This document shows positions 29,948 through 32,000 of a stretch of DNA of 32,000 bases, piece by piece; within the stretch, counting starts at the first letter, position 1; every line of letters starts with the position of its first letter. The DNA lies in the NCBI GenBank assembly GCA_000091165.1, contig FP565575.1:210001-242000 (forward strand), in the 5' to 3' direction. Origin of the DNA: Candidatus Methylomirabilis oxygeniifera. Lineage in GTDB: Bacteria > Methylomirabilota > Methylomirabilia > Methylomirabilales > Methylomirabilaceae. Under the pieces are notes generated by a model, which saw nothing but the letters and a program-made list of their open reading frames with translations, ran no database searches and was not told where the DNA came from. A program made the position numbers and the translations under genes.

Positions 29948-31177
29948 ATGATGTCGGCTGAGGCGAACGTTGCGCTGATTCACGACTGGCTGACGGGGAT
30001 GCGCGGAGGAGAGCGATGCCTGGAAGCGCTCTGCGAGCTCCTTCCGACAGCGGATATCTTTACCCTGCTGCACGTACAGGGAAGCGTATCGAAGACCATC
30101 GAACAGCGGCGGATCCGGACGTCGGTCATTCAGACGTTGCCGTTTGCCGCGACCCACTATCGCTACTATCTGCCCCTCTTTCCGTGGGCCATCGAGCAAT
30201 TCAAGCTCGATGGATACGATCTGATCCTCTCCAGCAGCCACTGTGTGGCGAAAGGGATCAAGCCTCCGCCACAAGCGCTGCACATCGCGTATCTGTACAC
30301 CCCGATGCGATACATCTGGGATATGCAGGATGCCTACGTCGCCTCCGGTCGGATGGGTCCGGTGTCCAGACTGATGCTGCCCGCCATCGCCGGACGGTTA
30401 CGGCGGTGGGATATCGCGGTCAACACCAGGGTTGATCACTTTATTGCTATCTCATATTATGTAGCGGATCGGGTCCGCCGCCATTACGGTCGGGAGGCTA
30501 TCGTCATCTATCCTCCGGTCGAGACCGCCCGGTTTCATATCGCCGAGCGGACGGATGACTACTACCTGGCGGTCGGCGCCTTCGCCCCCTATAAGCGGAT
30601 CGACCTGGCGATCGAGGCCTTTAACCGCTTGCGGCGACGCCTGGTGATCGTGGGTGAGGGACAGGAGGGGAGTCGCCTGCGGCACATGGCAGGTCCTACT
30701 ATCGAGTTTCTCGGGTGGCGATCCGATCGCGAGGTCGCCGACCTTCTCAGCCGCTGCCGTGCGCTGGTCTTTCCGGGTGAAGAAGACTTCGGCATTCTCC
30801 CTGTAGAAGCGATGGCCTGTGGACGGCCGGTCATTGCGTATGGGAGGGGCGGCGTGACGGAAACCGTGATTCCGCTGGAGCGTTCAGCGTTCAGCGTTCA
30901 ACGTTCTGGGTTGCAGAACGCCTTCAGCCTTCAGCCTTCAGCCTTCAGCCTCGGACCTCAACCTCCCACCGGCGTGTTCTTCTATGAACAGACCGTCGAG
31001 GCGCTGGTTGATGCGATTGATCTTTTTGAGCGCTCATCCGATCGTTTCGATCCGGAGGCGCTTCGCGCGCACGCCCTCACGTTCGACCGTTCGATCTTCG
31101 AGAAGCGGATCGCAAGCTATATCGATGAACGTCTTGAGGAATGGACACGTGGGGGGCGCCGTCGTCGGCCATGCTGA
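29948..31177 (+). CDS. Family 4 glycosyltransferase carrying an in-frame repeat insertion
   Basis: VALIHDWLTGMRGGERCLE N-terminus. EEDFGILPVE (E-x7-E). GRPVIAYGRGGVTETV is followed by the repeat-encoded segment ERSAFSVQRSGLQNAFSLQPSAFSLGPQP before the fold resumes at TGVFFYEQ. Confidence 0.8.
   Translation: MMSAEANVALIHDWLTGMRGGERCLEALCELLPTADIFTLLHVQGSVSKTIEQRRIRTSVIQTLPFAATHYRYYLPLFPWAIEQFKLDGYDLILSSSHCVAKGIKPPPQALHIAYLYTPMRYIWDMQDAYVASGRMGPVSRLMLPAIAGRLRRWDIAVNTRVDHFIAISYYVADRVRRHYGREAIVIYPPVETARFHIAERTDDYYLAVGAFAPYKRIDLAIEAFNRLRRRLVIVGEGQEGSRLRHMAGPTIEFLGWRSDREVADLLSRCRALVFPGEEDFGILPVEAMACGRPVIAYGRGGVTETVIPLERSAFSVQRSGLQNAFSLQPSAFSLGPQPPTGVFFYEQTVEALVDAIDLFERSSDRFDPEALRAHALTFDRSIFEKRIASYIDERLEEWTRGGRRRRPC
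30881..30955 (+). repeat. Heptanucleotide repeat block inside the GT4 CDS
   Basis: cgttcag x2, cgttcaa, cgttctg (30881-30908), ggttg, cagaacg (forming the 7-bp hairpin cgttctg/cagaacg), then ccttcag x3 (30921-30941), cctcgga, cctcaac. Confidence 0.9.
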
Positions 31178-32000
31178 AACGCCATAGCCAGTTTATCGAA
31201 AGTCTCATGCTGATTGCCGATCTGCTGGTGATCAGCGCCAGTTGGCTCGGGTCGTACTATTTCCGCTTCTATTGGGGGCCGGTTCAAGTCTATCGCGACA
31301 TTCCTGACGTCCGTCCGTACCTCCTCCTGCTCGGTCTCATCATCATCGTTTGGGGGATCGCGTTTAAAGCCTTCGGGTTGTATCGTCCCAAGCGCATCTC
31401 CTCACGGCTTGCTGAGGTGAGGGATATCGCGAAGGCCTGTACGCTCGCGGTGTTGATCCTGATTGCGGCCACCTTCTTTCTGAAGCAGTTCGAGTTCTCG
31501 CGGGTTGTGATTCTCTATTTTTGGATCTTCAGTATCGTGTCGGCCAGCCTTGTCAGGAGCAGCTTCCGCGAGGTGCTCCGCATGACGAGACGTAAAGGAT
31601 ACAATCTCCGGCATGTTCTGATTGTCGGCGACGGGGTGTTGGCGCGACAGGTCGTAGAAAGGATCCGCGTACGCCCGGAATTGGGGTTACGTATCAGGGG
31701 ACTCCTGGTTGGAGATCCGGGGATGGTCGGACGACAGGTTGACGAGCTGAGCGCGCTCGGCACCTATGAGCAGGCGGGAGAGCTGGCGGAAGAGCTGTCG
31801 ATCGATAGGGTCTTTATCGCCATTCCACTGGAGGCCTACGGACGAATGGAGGGGATCCTCCGAGGTCTGGAGAATGGGACTGCCGCCGTCCACGCCGTGC
31901 CGGATCTTCATCAGTTCATGACCTTGCGTGGCGGGGTGGAGGAGTTTGACGGCCTGCCCCTTATCAGCCTGCAGGACTCGCCCCATTACGGGTGGAGCCT
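31171..32000 (+). CDS. WbaP/WcaJ-type polyprenyl-phosphate hexose-1-phosphate transferase, N-terminal part (runs off the right edge; not in the supplied ORF track)
   Basis: My own translation from ATG 31171 (which overlaps the GT4 stop): MLKRHSQFIESLMLIADLLVISASWLGSYYFRF...FGLYRPKR...NLRHVLIVGDGVLARQVVERI...IDRVFIAIPL...DGLPLISL. It has no stop up to base 32000. Four N-terminal TM helices plus a Rossmann-like linker, as in large PGT enzymes. Confidence 0.75.
   Translation, partial: MLKRHSQFIESLMLIADLLVISASWLGSYYFRFYWGPVQVYRDIPDVRPYLLLLGLIIIVWGIAFKAFGLYRPKRISSRLAEVRDIAKACTLAVLILIAATFFLKQFEFSRVVILYFWIFSIVSASLVRSSFREVLRMTRRKGYNLRHVLIVGDGVLARQVVERIRVRPELGLRIRGLLVGDPGMVGRQVDELSALGTYEQAGELAEELSIDRVFIAIPLEAYGRMEGILRGLENGTAAVHAVPDLHQFMTLRGGVEEFDGLPLISLQDSPHYGWS

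Overview
GC-rich bacterial chromosomal window from a diderm-type organism (Skp-like chaperone, lipoproteins, Tat and Sec signals). I cannot identify the organism. No rRNA, tRNA, CRISPR array or cas genes were seen. Left third (1-11.6 kb): the 3' end of a DUF559 gene; a minimal exosortase-like gene with a leaderless-type promoter, coupled to a membrane partner; a Tat-signal protein of unknown function; two lipoproteins; an MNT/HEPN toxin-antitoxin pair; a Skp/OmpH-like chaperone; a GT2-like/SAM-methyltransferase fusion; and two paralogous Sec-secreted proteins of a family I cannot place. One paralog (4084-5466) is monocistronic with a near-consensus promoter, a leader of about 210 nt and a strong terminator. 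I propose it as a candidate major surface (S-layer-type) protein. Right two thirds (11.6-32 kb): an ABC-transporter-dependent glycan assembly locus. It holds four GT2 genes, one free GT4, a 1460-aa GT4/coiled-coil/RgpF/HAD-like fusion, a free-standing paralog of that HAD-like module, a GT-C membrane glycosyltransferase, Wzm, Wzt with a C-terminal glycan-binding extension, a GNAT plus PIG-L deacetylase pair, RmlD, and a WbaP/WcaJ-type initiating phosphotransferase that runs off the right edge and is missing from the ORF track. A VapBC module sits inside this locus. Intergenic DNA is saturated with G/C hairpin repeats. Two inverted copies of a MITE-like element bounded by terminal inverted repeats are present, one with an 8-bp target-site duplication. 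The second copy carries a 51-nt fragment of the DUF559 gene, which suggests a DUF559-bearing parent element. A heptanucleotide repeat block is inserted in frame in the GT4 gene.
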